Below are positions 46,756-56,223 of a DNA stretch of 57,262 bases, piece by piece; positions within the stretch are counted from its first letter, which is position 1; each line of letters opens with the position of its first letter. The notes below the pieces were generated by a model. The model was not told the origin of the DNA, did not search any database, and saw nothing but the letters and a program-made list of their open reading frames with translations. This DNA is from an uncultured Oscillospiraceae bacterium (GTDB lineage Bacteria; Bacillota; Clostridia; UBA1212; UBA1255): contig CABROF010000003.1 of the NCBI GenBank assembly GCA_902472555.1, positions 1 through 57,262 on the forward strand. Reading direction: 5' to 3'. The position numbers were made by a program, and so were the translations under genes.

Positions 46756-48109
46756 ACCTGCTCCCTTCCTGTCCTCCGCCCAGCAAATTGCGGACAAAGG
46801 ATTCTCCGCTGTCATCAACGGCGCAAATCGGGACGCCGAGACGCCGCGCCACTTGCGATACCGTCATATCATCCAAAAACACATCTCCGCCGCTGCGCAG
46901 CATATTTTTTGTAATCAGCAGCACATCTCCCAAATCCTTTCCGCTCAGCTGCGCGGTGAGATCCTGCCCGGTCAGAAGACCGCTGACTGTAATCGTCTCA
47001 CCGAAAAAAATATTATCAATCGCATAAACGTGTACGCAGAGATGGGGATATGCCGCCGCAACATACTGCGCCAGCCCGTTTATTATATCATATGCGGCAT
47101 GTCCTGTGGCAATCGAAACCCGGATTTTTTCCGCTCCGCCGAATTCTTTTTTCAGCTGCCGCCGTCTGCGCATCATATAATCGCAGACCTCATGGTCCAG
47201 AAGTGCAGCCATACCGACTCCGTTCTCCAGCTGCGGAAAATCATCATACCTGTCATATGACGGCAGTGCTCTTCCTGCCTTCACATACAGCTCATCGGCA
47301 GCATACACAAAATAACGGCCGATCTTCTGATAGAATTCGTCCTGCTTTCCTTCAATATAATTAATAATCTCGCCGCATTCCGCCGAAGTAAACAGCCGCA
47401 GCGGCGCAAGCCCCTCACGGTACTTTGTTAATCCTACCGGAACAACGGATACACTGGCAATTCCCATATGCAGCGCACTCAGATCGGAAAGCGTCCTGTC
47501 TAATTCAGCGCCGTCGTTCATTCCCGGGCAAAGTACAATCTGTGCGTTCACCGTGATGCAGCCCTCTGTCAATCGTTTGAGCTGTTCCATCACGCGGCCG
47601 GCTTTCGGATTTCCAAGCATGCGGCAGCGCAGCTGCGGATTGGTCGTATGCACGGAGACATTTACCGGAGACATGCGATATTGAATGATCCGTTCAATTT
47701 CCCTGCTGCCGATATTTGTCAGTGTGACATAATTCCCCGTTAAAAAAGAAAGCCTCGTATCATCGTCTTTAAAATACAGGGTTTCCCGCATACCCTTAGG
47801 CATTTGGTCGATAAAGCAAAAGACACATTGATTGGCACAGCCCCGGTCAGAATCGATCAGCTCCTGTTCAAACTCAATTCCGAGATCTTCATAGGGATCC
47901 TTTTCAATATCCACGATGTACGGTTCGCCGCCGGCATCGACGAGTTCTAAAGAAACATTTTCATCAGCAGTTAAAAAGCGGTAGTCAAAAATATCTCTCA
48001 CTTTTCTGCCGTTCACCGACAGCAGACGGTCTCCTGCCCGGATCCCGCCTTCATAGGCCGCGCTGTCTCGCGCCACGCTGCGGATCCGTCCCTTTACACA
48101 GTTTGTCAT
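46748..48109 (-). CDS. DUF512 protein with PDZ-like N-terminus and radical SAM-like core
   Basis: GIRAGDRLLSVNG (PDZ-like), CANQCVFCFIDQMPKGMRETLYFKDDD. The start is uncertain: ATG at 48109 fits family N-termini, and a TTG at 48139 is also open. Overlaps der by 8 nt. Confidence 0.8.
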   Translation of the reverse strand: MTNCVKGRIRSVARDSAAYEGGIRAGDRLLSVNGRKVRDIFDYRFLTADENVSLELVDAGGEPYIVDIEKDPYEDLGIEFEQELIDSDRGCANQCVFCFIDQMPKGMRETLYFKDDDTRLSFLTGNYVTLTNIGSREIERIIQYRMSPVNVSVHTTNPQLRCRMLGNPKAGRVMEQLKRLTEGCITVNAQIVLCPGMNDGAELDRTLSDLSALHMGIASVSVVPVGLTKYREGLAPLRLFTSAECGEIINYIEGKQDEFYQKIGRYFVYAADELYVKAGRALPSYDRYDDFPQLENGVGMAALLDHEVCDYMMRRRRQLKKEFGGAEKIRVSIATGHAAYDIINGLAQYVAAAYPHLCVHVYAIDNIFFGETITVSGLLTGQDLTAQLSGKDLGDVLLITKNMLRSGGDVFLDDMTVSQVARRLGVPICAVDDSGESFVRNLLGGGQEGSRYE

Positions 48110-48163
48110 ATCTCTGATCCAGTCTCCATCTTTGGCCAACAGGCCAAATTTTCGTTATAACGG

Positions 48164-48188
48164 AAAAAACAGCAGTCAACGACTGCTG
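48164..48188 (-). terminator. Rho-independent terminator of rpmF
   Basis: CAGCAGTC / GACTGCTG 8 bp stem. On the minus strand TTTTTT follows. Confidence 0.7.
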
Positions 48189-48220
48189 CCTGATGTCACC
48201 GTCATTTCGGTAAATATAAA

Positions 48221-48403
48221 TTATTCTTCTCCCATTGCAACAGCCTGGCGGCCTTTATAATAACCGCAGGAACCGCAAACCGTATGGGAAAGTTTATATT
48301 CATGGCAATGCGGACATTTTACAAGGTTGGGCGCTTCTAATTTCCAGTTCGCTCTTCTTGTACGCGTTCTTGCCTTTGACCATCTTCTTTTTGGACAAAT
48401 CAT
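48221..48403 (-). CDS. rpmF: 50S ribosomal protein L32 (zinc-ribbon form)
   Basis: PKRRWSKARTRTRRANWKL. CPHC...CGSC. AGGAGGTG SD upstream. Confidence 0.9.
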   Translation of the reverse strand: MICPKRRWSKARTRTRRANWKLEAPNLVKCPHCHEYKLSHTVCGSCGYYKGRQAVAMGEE

Positions 48404-48443
48404 AGCCTCTCACACCTCCTGTGCCTTGTGTACCTCAAATATC

Positions 48444-48466
48444 GCCCGTCGGTAAAACCAACGGGC
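48444..48466 (-). terminator. Hairpin between ackA and rpmF (probable ackA terminator, 3 nt downstream of the rpmF -10)
   Basis: GCCCGTTGG / CCGACGGGC 9 bp including one G-U pair, 5 nt loop. GATATTT follows. Confidence 0.45.
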
Positions 48467-48469
48467 AAT

Positions 48470-48498
48470 ATTATACTAATAACAGAGGCAAAAGTCAA
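48470..48498 (-). promoter_or_regulatory. Sigma-A promoter of rpmF
   Basis: Minus strand reads TTGACT, 17 nt, TATAAT. Confidence 0.65.
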
Positions 48499-48506
48499 CA
48501 AATATT

Positions 48507-49700
48507 TTATTTTACCAGCTGCAGCGTTTCCCTTGCAATGGCCAGCTCTTCATTTGTGGCGATTACATATACCTTTACCTTGGAATCCGCTGTGGAAATT
48601 TCAAACTCGCCGCCGCGCTGATCATTCTTTTTAGGATCAACTGCAACGCCTAAATAGTCCAGCCCCTTCAGGCATGCTAATCTGCAGGCTTTGTCATTTT
48701 CACCGATGCCCGCTGTAAAGACGATTGCGTCCACGCCGTTCATAACAGCGGCATACTGGCCGATAAAGGAGCGCACTCTGTAAGAAAACAGCTTCAGCGC
48801 CAATGCCGCCTGTTCGTTGCCGTTCTGCATGGCCTCCGTTACATCACGCATATCGCTGCTGACTCCGGATACTCCCAGCAGACCCGATTTTTTGTTGAGC
48901 AGTGTATTCATCTCATTTGGGGTCAGCCCTTCGTTTTCCATTACATAAAGCAGAACGGCCGGATCGATGATGCCGCTCCGGGTTCCCATTACGAGGCCGT
49001 CCAACGGCGTGAAGCCCATGGAAGTATCCACGGATCTGCCGCCGTGCACAGCCGTAATACTGCCGCCGTTTCCTAAATGGCACGTAATAATCTTTGTTTC
49101 TTCAATCGGCTTTCCCAGCATTGCTGCTGCGCGCTGGGAAACATATTTATGAGAAGTGCCATGAAATCCGTACTTTCTGACACTGTACTTTTTATAATAT
49201 TCATATGGAATCGCATATACGAAGGCTTCCTGGGGCATAGTCTGATGGAACGCCGTATCGAATACCGCAACCTGCGGCACCCCCGGCATAGCGGCCTGGC
49301 ACGCCCGGATTCCGACAATATTCGGCGGATTATGAAGCGGCGCCAGCGGTACGCAGTCCTCTATGGCTTTCATTACCGCATCGTCAATGATCACAGAGGC
49401 ATGGAAATGCTCCCCGCCGTGAACCACCCTGTGACCCACCGCAGAAATATCGGCCAGACTGCTGATGACACCGATTTCCCCATCTGTCAGCGCATTTACG
49501 ACTTCTGCAATCGCCGTCTGGTGGTCGGGAAGATTCCGGCTGAGCACCACAGGCTCCTTTCCTTCCGCCGTTTGTTTAATAAACGAATTTTCGATTCCGA
49601 TTCTGTCGCAGAGCCCCTTTGCCAGCACATGCTCTGTTTCTGCATTGATCAGCTGGTATTTTAAAGAAGAACTTCCGCAATTGATTACAAGTATGTTCAT
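48507..49700 (-). CDS. ackA: Acetate kinase
   Basis: [31 protein letters not shown], 397 aa. Confidence 0.95.
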   Translation of the reverse strand: MNILVINCGSSSLKYQLINAETEHVLAKGLCDRIGIENSFIKQTAEGKEPVVLSRNLPDHQTAIAEVVNALTDGEIGVISSLADISAVGHRVVHGGEHFHASVIIDDAVMKAIEDCVPLAPLHNPPNIVGIRACQAAMPGVPQVAVFDTAFHQTMPQEAFVYAIPYEYYKKYSVRKYGFHGTSHKYVSQRAAAMLGKPIEETKIITCHLGNGGSITAVHGGRSVDTSMGFTPLDGLVMGTRSGIIDPAVLLYVMENEGLTPNEMNTLLNKKSGLLGVSGVSSDMRDVTEAMQNGNEQAALALKLFSYRVRSFIGQYAAVMNGVDAIVFTAGIGENDKACRLACLKGLDYLGVAVDPKKNDQRGGEFEISTADSKVKVYVIATNEELAIARETLQLVK

Positions 49701-49742
49701 ATTTCCGCTCCTTTGTCTCCCGTTTTTCTTTATATTTCGAGA

Positions 49743-50816
<1,074 letters not shown>

Positions 50817-50821
50817 CGATT

Positions 50822-50850
50822 ATTTTACCGCGATTGGCGGTAATTGGCAA
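50822..50850 (-). promoter_or_regulatory. Putative sigma-A promoter of pta-ackA
   Basis: Minus strand reads TTGCCA, 17 nt, TAAAAT. The -10 ends 5 nt before the hairpin arm. Confidence 0.5.
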
Positions 50851-50885
50851 GCGCTTTCTTTATTTTACGGCTCTCTCTGCAAGGT

Positions 50886-52241
50886 TCATTCCTGCTCTCT
50901 CAGGTTGATAAAACGAGAGGCCGTGATATAAGAGATGCCGTCTTGTTCTGTCGTAAGCTCCAGATAGTAGCATGTCGCCTCCGGCGGCACCGTTGCCATG
51001 ACCGTACGGCTCCGCCTGTCCACATCAGCAGAAACGCTCTGCCACTCCGAACACAGCGAAGCAGCGGCATTTTCCGGCTGTTTCGTATATGCATAGCGTT
51101 CTGTAAGATAATACAGCTTTGCCCGAACAGAGGCGTTCTCATGGCAGGTAAACGTGCAGGAAACGGCGCTTCCCGGCGCAGCGGCTTCCGGCTGGTCGGC
51201 AACAGCCGTATACTGCGGCCCCTTTCCAACAATGCTGTCCGCAAACGCAAAGCTCTCATAGCATGGATAATTTGCCGTATCCCAGCAGCAGTCATGGCCG
51301 TGGACCCACCCGCTCTTGATGCTCAATGCTGTTTTCGCATGATTCGGAGCCGTAGCTATGTAGGATTTCGAATTCACATTTAAAGAAAAGCAGGTGTCAT
51401 CATTCATGCAAAGCCACAGTACCGGTATCTTCACCCGGCTGAAACGGTCTTGCGCAGACCACAGCGTCTGAATACGCTTTGAGGCAAACCGCTCCCCCAT
51501 CCAGGACAAGCTTTCATCCAGATATCCGCCGCCGTAAATCGGCACCGCAAAAGCAAAACTGTTTTTGTAACCGATTGCCAGGGCGCTGATTACACTTCCC
51601 CAGGAAATCCCCACCAGTCCGATCCGGCTGCGGTCCACCGCGTCAAATGTGCCTAATACAGCATTTGCCAGCAGCACCTGACCGACAGCATGATACATCC
51701 ACATCTCTTCTGCAGGAATCAAAGGGTTCATGTCATCAAAATCCGGTGCGGCGCAATATCCCTCTTCTTCAAAAATGCCATATGGTCCATGAATCCATTC
51801 ACCGCTTGCACCGGCCGGCGCGCCGGCCTTGACTGCATACGGGAAGGATCCGGTTGTATCCATTGCAATCGCCGCATATCCCCGATCATTCCAGGCCTTC
51901 ACCCACTGCGCAAACGCATGACCGCCGCCTCCGTGAACCAGCACCACTCCGGGAACCTTTTCATTTTGCTGAAGATTGTCCGGAAAGCCGATATAAGCAA
52001 AAACCTTTGTCTTTCTTCCGTCTGCATCCATACCGTCATAGGTATAAGCCTGGATACCGAAAAACGCGCCTTCCGGATCACACGCCGGCACGCGTACGAG
52101 ATGCAGCGCTTCTGTTTTTCTGTCCGCAAGCTGATCCATTATCCGCGTGATCCTTTCTGCAGTCTTTTCGTCCGTGCAGGCGCAATCCGCCTCCCTCTTC
52201 TCTCCCTCTTTGACGCCCTCTGAAAAATCATATAATCCCAT
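50886..52241 (-). CDS. Alpha/beta hydrolase (acetyl esterase/dienelactone hydrolase-like) with extra C-terminal domain
   Basis: VVLVHGGGGHAF. Nucleophile elbow GISWG. The start is at the second Met (52241), 9 nt after GGAGG. Confidence 0.7.
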   Translation of the reverse strand: MGLYDFSEGVKEGEKREADCACTDEKTAERITRIMDQLADRKTEALHLVRVPACDPEGAFFGIQAYTYDGMDADGRKTKVFAYIGFPDNLQQNEKVPGVVLVHGGGGHAFAQWVKAWNDRGYAAIAMDTTGSFPYAVKAGAPAGASGEWIHGPYGIFEEEGYCAAPDFDDMNPLIPAEEMWMYHAVGQVLLANAVLGTFDAVDRSRIGLVGISWGSVISALAIGYKNSFAFAVPIYGGGYLDESLSWMGERFASKRIQTLWSAQDRFSRVKIPVLWLCMNDDTCFSLNVNSKSYIATAPNHAKTALSIKSGWVHGHDCCWDTANYPCYESFAFADSIVGKGPQYTAVADQPEAAAPGSAVSCTFTCHENASVRAKLYYLTERYAYTKQPENAAASLCSEWQSVSADVDRRSRTVMATVPPEATCYYLELTTEQDGISYITASRFINLREQE

Positions 52242-52343
52242 ATTATGCATCCTCCAATCTGAGATCGCGGTCTGTTATTTCCGCTTGATCCGCTGTTTCT
52301 TTTCTGCCTGCAGACAGCACCACATAATAAAACACACTGCAAT

Positions 52344-52372
52344 AATATAGATGGCGGCAAATCAAATGTCAA
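52344..52372 (-). promoter_or_regulatory. Near-consensus sigma-A promoter facing the alpha/beta hydrolase gene
   Basis: Minus strand reads TTGACA, 17 nt, TATATT, with an A/T-rich upstream tract. The leader is about 100 nt. Confidence 0.6.
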
Positions 52373-52458
52373 TAATTTTTTTAAACGATTTAAATATTTA
52401 TTTTCTATAGATCGCCGCTGCTGAAGCAGCAAGCGCCGCAGAGGACCTGCAAGCGATC

Positions 52459-52857
52459 TCAGAATATATTCAGCGGTACCAATTTATCATTGGTGCGCAC
52501 CACCTCAAACAGGCGTTTCAGCTTTACGGCTTCCAGCTCCGCACTTTCCTTCAGACCATCCTCCGCACATTGTAAGAATAACGATACTGTGAGGTCAACC
52601 TCTTTAATCATTCCATGATCCAGGCAAAAGCTCCAATGATCCATATGCTTGTGCCATATTGCTCTGAGCCTTTCGCAGGACTGCGGAAGCTGCTCATTCT
52701 GACCATTCAGATCCTCCCGGATCGCTTCTACCTGCCGCCACATTTTACGGATGTCATTTTCAATCATGCGGTCAAAAGAAAACGTAGTGATAAATACAAA
52801 TGAGAATATCAGGATCACGGAAATAATGTATACCAAGGTGTTTTTATATAATTTCAT
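52459..52857 (-). CDS. DUF4363-like small membrane-anchored protein
   Basis: N-terminal TM segment, then a helical region. It sits in the usual DUF421-DUF4363 pair, with a 4 nt overlap with the upstream gene. Confidence 0.65.
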   Translation of the reverse strand: MKLYKNTLVYIISVILIFSFVFITTFSFDRMIENDIRKMWRQVEAIREDLNGQNEQLPQSCERLRAIWHKHMDHWSFCLDHGMIKEVDLTVSLFLQCAEDGLKESAELEAVKLKRLFEVVRTNDKLVPLNIF

Positions 52858-53549
52858 ACATTCCCTCCGCTGTTTTTCTGTTTTGCTTTTTTCAGCTGTG
52901 TGAAAAAGCTCCCTTCAGAATCTACATAACAATAAAACACATCCTGTATGCTGTCGGCGCCGGCCTTTTGAATTTCTTCAACCAAGGTTTGCGGCGCAAT
53001 CTGAACAGTGTTCAGATTTTCTTCTACCAGGTATCCGCCTACAATCAGATCGGTTACAACGCCTTCCGCAGCCTGAATCTGCAGGTCCTCGCGCCGGACA
53101 GTATCTGCCCTGCTGTATGGAATGACGCTTAACTCTCCGTTATTTTCAAGGGTTGCCAGCAGAACGTCATTGACGCTCGGATAGCCCTTGAGCCGCAGCG
53201 CTTCCAGCAGATCATCGAGATTATACATTTCATTGCGCAGATTTTTCTCTACTACATCGCCGTTTCGAATTACAACGCTGGGTCTGCCGCAGATAAAGCC
53301 TCTGAACCTTTTGTTCTTCATAATAAAAAAAGAGATTGTCAGCTGTGCCAGCAGCAGAGACAGAATCGGAATGATTCCGCTCATCAGCGGTGTCGCCGAA
53401 TCCTGCATCGGCAAAGCCGCCAAATCCGATATCATCAGCGCAATTACGAATTCATACGGCTGCAGCTGTCCGATCTGCCGTTTTCCCATGCATCTCATTA
53501 CAAAAATAACAATGACATACATGATGATCGTTCGAACAAAACTAACCAA
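52854..53549 (-). CDS. DUF421 (YetF-like) membrane protein
   Basis: VRTIIMYVIVIFVMRCMGKRQIGQLQPYEFVIALMISD. The start is uncertain: TTG at 53549 has GAGGTG 6 nt upstream, and the ORF track extends to 53585. Confidence 0.75.
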   Translation of the reverse strand: MVSFVRTIIMYVIVIFVMRCMGKRQIGQLQPYEFVIALMISDLAALPMQDSATPLMSGIIPILSLLLAQLTISFFIMKNKRFRGFICGRPSVVIRNGDVVEKNLRNEMYNLDDLLEALRLKGYPSVNDVLLATLENNGELSVIPYSRADTVRREDLQIQAAEGVVTDLIVGGYLVEENLNTVQIAPQTLVEEIQKAGADSIQDVFYCYVDSEGSFFTQLKKAKQKNSGGNV

Positions 53550-53699
53550 ACCTAACACCTCGTCTCTGATTGCGCGCCTTTTCAAGCCGCAGCTTATGCC
53601 GCGTGGCGCCCGCGCTCATATTTTAACGTAAAATGTATATTTTATACGTATTTGCCCAGACTAAAGAACGGAATCCCAATTCAGAAAGGATGATGTAAG

Positions 53700-53936
53700 A
53701 TGGTTCAAACGTCGCCAAATACGCAGACGCAATCCGTGCTGCCCAGCAAAAGCCTGACAATATTAGAGGATCAGCTGAATTCTGAGGCGCTGGCAATCAA
53801 GAAGTATAACCTGTTTGCCAATTCCTGCAGCGATCCGAATTTAAAAAGCGTCTGTGAGCGCGCGGAGCAAATGCATCGGCTGCATTTTGACACATTATGC
53901 AATTATTTAAATTCTCACAATAAGCCCATGCAGTGA
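53700..53936 (+). CDS. Spore coat protein, CotF-like (Coat_F domain)
   Basis: LTILEDQLNSEALAIKKYNLFANSCSDPNLKSVCERAEQMHRLHFDTLCNYL. Confidence 0.7.
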   Translation: MVQTSPNTQTQSVLPSKSLTILEDQLNSEALAIKKYNLFANSCSDPNLKSVCERAEQMHRLHFDTLCNYLNSHNKPMQ

Positions 53937-53961
53937 GCAAACACAGAAAGGAGTCAGCAGA

Positions 53962-54231
53962 ATGGATCAGATCTTATCAGAACAGGAATGCATGGAGGAT
54001 GCGCTGGCAACGGAAAAACAACTGATCAGCACATATGCCACCTATGTCGCAGAGGCCAGCTGTCAGAACCTCCGGAATGAAATTACAAAAATCATTACGG
54101 AAACGCAGCAGGTGCAGTTTGAGATTTTTAACGCGATGAAATCCAGAGGATGGTATCAAATTAAAAACGCGTCTCTGCCGGAGGTACAGCAAACAGCGCA
54201 AAAATTCTCACAGATCAGAAGTCAGCTGTAA
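53962..54231 (+). CDS. Spore coat protein, CotF-like (Coat_F domain)
   Basis: ECMEDALATEKQLISTYATYVAEASCQNLRNEITKII...QFEIFNAMKSRGWY. AAAGGAG lies 8 nt upstream. Confidence 0.7.
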   Translation: MDQILSEQECMEDALATEKQLISTYATYVAEASCQNLRNEITKIITETQQVQFEIFNAMKSRGWYQIKNASLPEVQQTAQKFSQIRSQL

Positions 54232-54259
54232 AAAAAGCGGGCTGCACGGCTTGCAGCCC
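54230..54259 (-). terminator. Terminator of the minus-strand rRNA-modification operon, abutting the stop of the second cotF-like gene
   Basis: GGGCTGCA / TGCAGCCC 8 bp stem with a 5 nt loop. On the minus strand TTTTTTT follows. Confidence 0.7.
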
Positions 54260-54303
54260 CGGTACATACGCAACAGATTTTGCATCCCCCCCCCGGCTGC
54301 TGC

Positions 54304-55470
54304 CTACCGCGCGAGATCCGCGAGATCCTTTTCAAGCGTCAATTCTGCCCCCAATGAACGGCATACCGCAAGATATGCCTCCCACTTCTCCGGCTGGAAC
54401 CCTCTGGCGTGTTCCGCCCTGATCATCAGATTTTTCGGCGTATCTAAAGGAGAAATATATTCCACCATGGATACGTCGTACCCGAATGCTTCTAAGGCCA
54501 TGGCGCGCAGCCCGTCCGTTAGATTGTCCGCGATTCTGGCTTTCAGGACGCCGTATTTCAATATTTGCGAAAATCCATCGAGATGATACTGTGCATTCAG
54601 CTCCCTGTGGCAGCAGGGGACGCATACGATGGACGGAATCTTATGCCGGATTCCGAAGCTAAGCGCTTTGTCTGTCGCTGTGTCGCACGCATGCAGCGTC
54701 AGAAGCAGCTGATAGGATTTCTGCGGTATATACTGCATAATATCGGTTTCCACAAACATCATATTCTGATAGTTCAGCTGTGCCGCCATGCGTTTTGATT
54801 CCGCGATCACACCGCCGTTGTAATCCAGCCCCGTTATATGGCATTTTTGGCCTAATACCTCTTTGATATAATAATTCAGGACAAACGACAAATAGGACTT
54901 GCCGCAGGCGCAGTCTACGACCTGCAGTACAGAATGCTGCCGGCACAGCGTCCGGAGCATCGGATCAATCAGTTCCACAAAATGATCAATCTGGTTATAC
55001 TTACGGATTTTATCGTTTTTCACTTTTCCGTTTTGCCCCAAAAGCCCAATGGTCCGAAGCAGCGGCGCAGCCCGGTCCGCACGGATATAATAGGCCCGGT
55101 CCCCCATGGCCGCCGGCTGTTGCCCTGCCTGCGCCGGCGCGGCGGAGGCGGTGGTTTCCGTAGTTACACTTTTTTGATCCGCACGGATCCGGATGTCTTT
55201 TCCGCGTTCCCGATAAATAAGCAGCATACTGTCATAAAGAGGAATCTGCTCTTTGATAAAGGCGCGGAATGCGTCAGCCGTCAGGCAATATGCAGCGCCG
55301 TTATGGTAAAATGCAAGCAGTGCCTCCTCCCGGACCGCGCGCAGTTCGTACCGTTTGCTTCCGGATAAAAAGGCAGCCGTGATTTCTATAAAAAATTCCC
55401 GATTTTCTGCAAACCGGCCCATAAGGCCGGACATAAAGAGATCAACCTTTTCCCCTATTTGTTTATTCAT
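54304..55470 (-). CDS. Class I SAM-dependent methyltransferase (Methyltransf_32-like)
   Basis: Motif I VVDCACGKSYLSFVL, then TLHACDTATD and VPCCH. The start at MNKQIGE has an ATGA overlap with the upstream gene. AAGGAGG lies upstream. Confidence 0.75.
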   Translation of the reverse strand: MNKQIGEKVDLFMSGLMGRFAENREFFIEITAAFLSGSKRYELRAVREEALLAFYHNGAAYCLTADAFRAFIKEQIPLYDSMLLIYRERGKDIRIRADQKSVTTETTASAAPAQAGQQPAAMGDRAYYIRADRAAPLLRTIGLLGQNGKVKNDKIRKYNQIDHFVELIDPMLRTLCRQHSVLQVVDCACGKSYLSFVLNYYIKEVLGQKCHITGLDYNGGVIAESKRMAAQLNYQNMMFVETDIMQYIPQKSYQLLLTLHACDTATDKALSFGIRHKIPSIVCVPCCHRELNAQYHLDGFSQILKYGVLKARIADNLTDGLRAMALEAFGYDVSMVEYISPLDTPKNLMIRAEHARGFQPEKWEAYLAVCRSLGAELTLEKDLADLAR

Positions 55471-56180
55471 TTCAAGATTTCCTCCTTTTCCTCCGCGGTC
55501 AGCTCCCGGTACGCCCCCGGCAGCAGCCCCGTATCCATCCGGACGCCGCCGATAGCGGTCCGCTTCAGCAGCAGTACCTGTATGCCCCGAGCGGAAAACA
55601 TCCGTTTGACCTGATGAAATTTTCCTTCGCAAATCGTTACCGTTCCGTAGCAGGCCGTCTCAACCGCCAGCCGTGCCGGCATACATCGATAACCATCTCC
55701 CAGGGTGATTCCTTGTGCAAAGGCCTCTATATCTTCACTATTCGGCGTCCGATCCAAAAAGCATACGTATTCTTTCGGAACATGGCGTTCCGGCGTAATT
55801 ACCGCATGTACAAAGGCGCCGTCATTTGTCAGAAGCAAAAAGCCCTCACTGTCTTTGTCCAGGCGGCCTGCCGGCGTCAGATGATAATGTGCAAAATCCT
55901 CCCCCACCAGATCAACGGCAGTTGCCGCGCCCCGGGCGTCCTCCGTCGCGGACAATACGCCGGCAGGCTTATTCATCATCAGATAGACATATCTTTGATA
56001 TCTCACGGGACTACCGCTCACGCAGACAGTTTGACAGTCCGGATTCAATTTGAATTCACTGCCGCATACAGGCTCTCCGTCCACAGTTACCGCCCCTGAT
56101 TTAATTAATTGTTTAACATCCTTTCTGGACCCAAAGCCCATATTGGATAACAGCTTGTCCAGCCGAATCAATGGATTCAC
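55467..56180 (-). CDS. Pseudouridine synthase, RsuA/RluB family (S4 domain + catalytic domain)
   Basis: S4 domain RLDKLLSNMGFGSRKDVKQLIKSGAVTVDG. Catalytic AGRLDKDSEGFLLLTNDG. Confidence 0.88.
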   Translation of the reverse strand: MNPLIRLDKLLSNMGFGSRKDVKQLIKSGAVTVDGEPVCGSEFKLNPDCQTVCVSGSPVRYQRYVYLMMNKPAGVLSATEDARGAATAVDLVGEDFAHYHLTPAGRLDKDSEGFLLLTNDGAFVHAVITPERHVPKEYVCFLDRTPNSEDIEAFAQGITLGDGYRCMPARLAVETACYGTVTICEGKFHQVKRMFSARGIQVLLLKRTAIGGVRMDTGLLPGAYRELTAEEKEEILK

Positions 56181-56223
56181 TCCTTTTTACCTGCAGCCCA
56201 TGTCTTTGCCGCCGCTGCGGCAA

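Noticed and set aside
52139-52432. 97 aa minus-strand ORF spanning the hydrolase promoter region.
   Set aside because: It runs across the predicted promoter and leader and into the hydrolase gene in another frame, and it has no SD.
53586-53699. TCATATT element upstream of the cotF-like genes that resembles a sigma-E -35.
   Set aside because: No CATACA-type -10 lies at the required 16-18 nt spacing, so the match is no better than chance.
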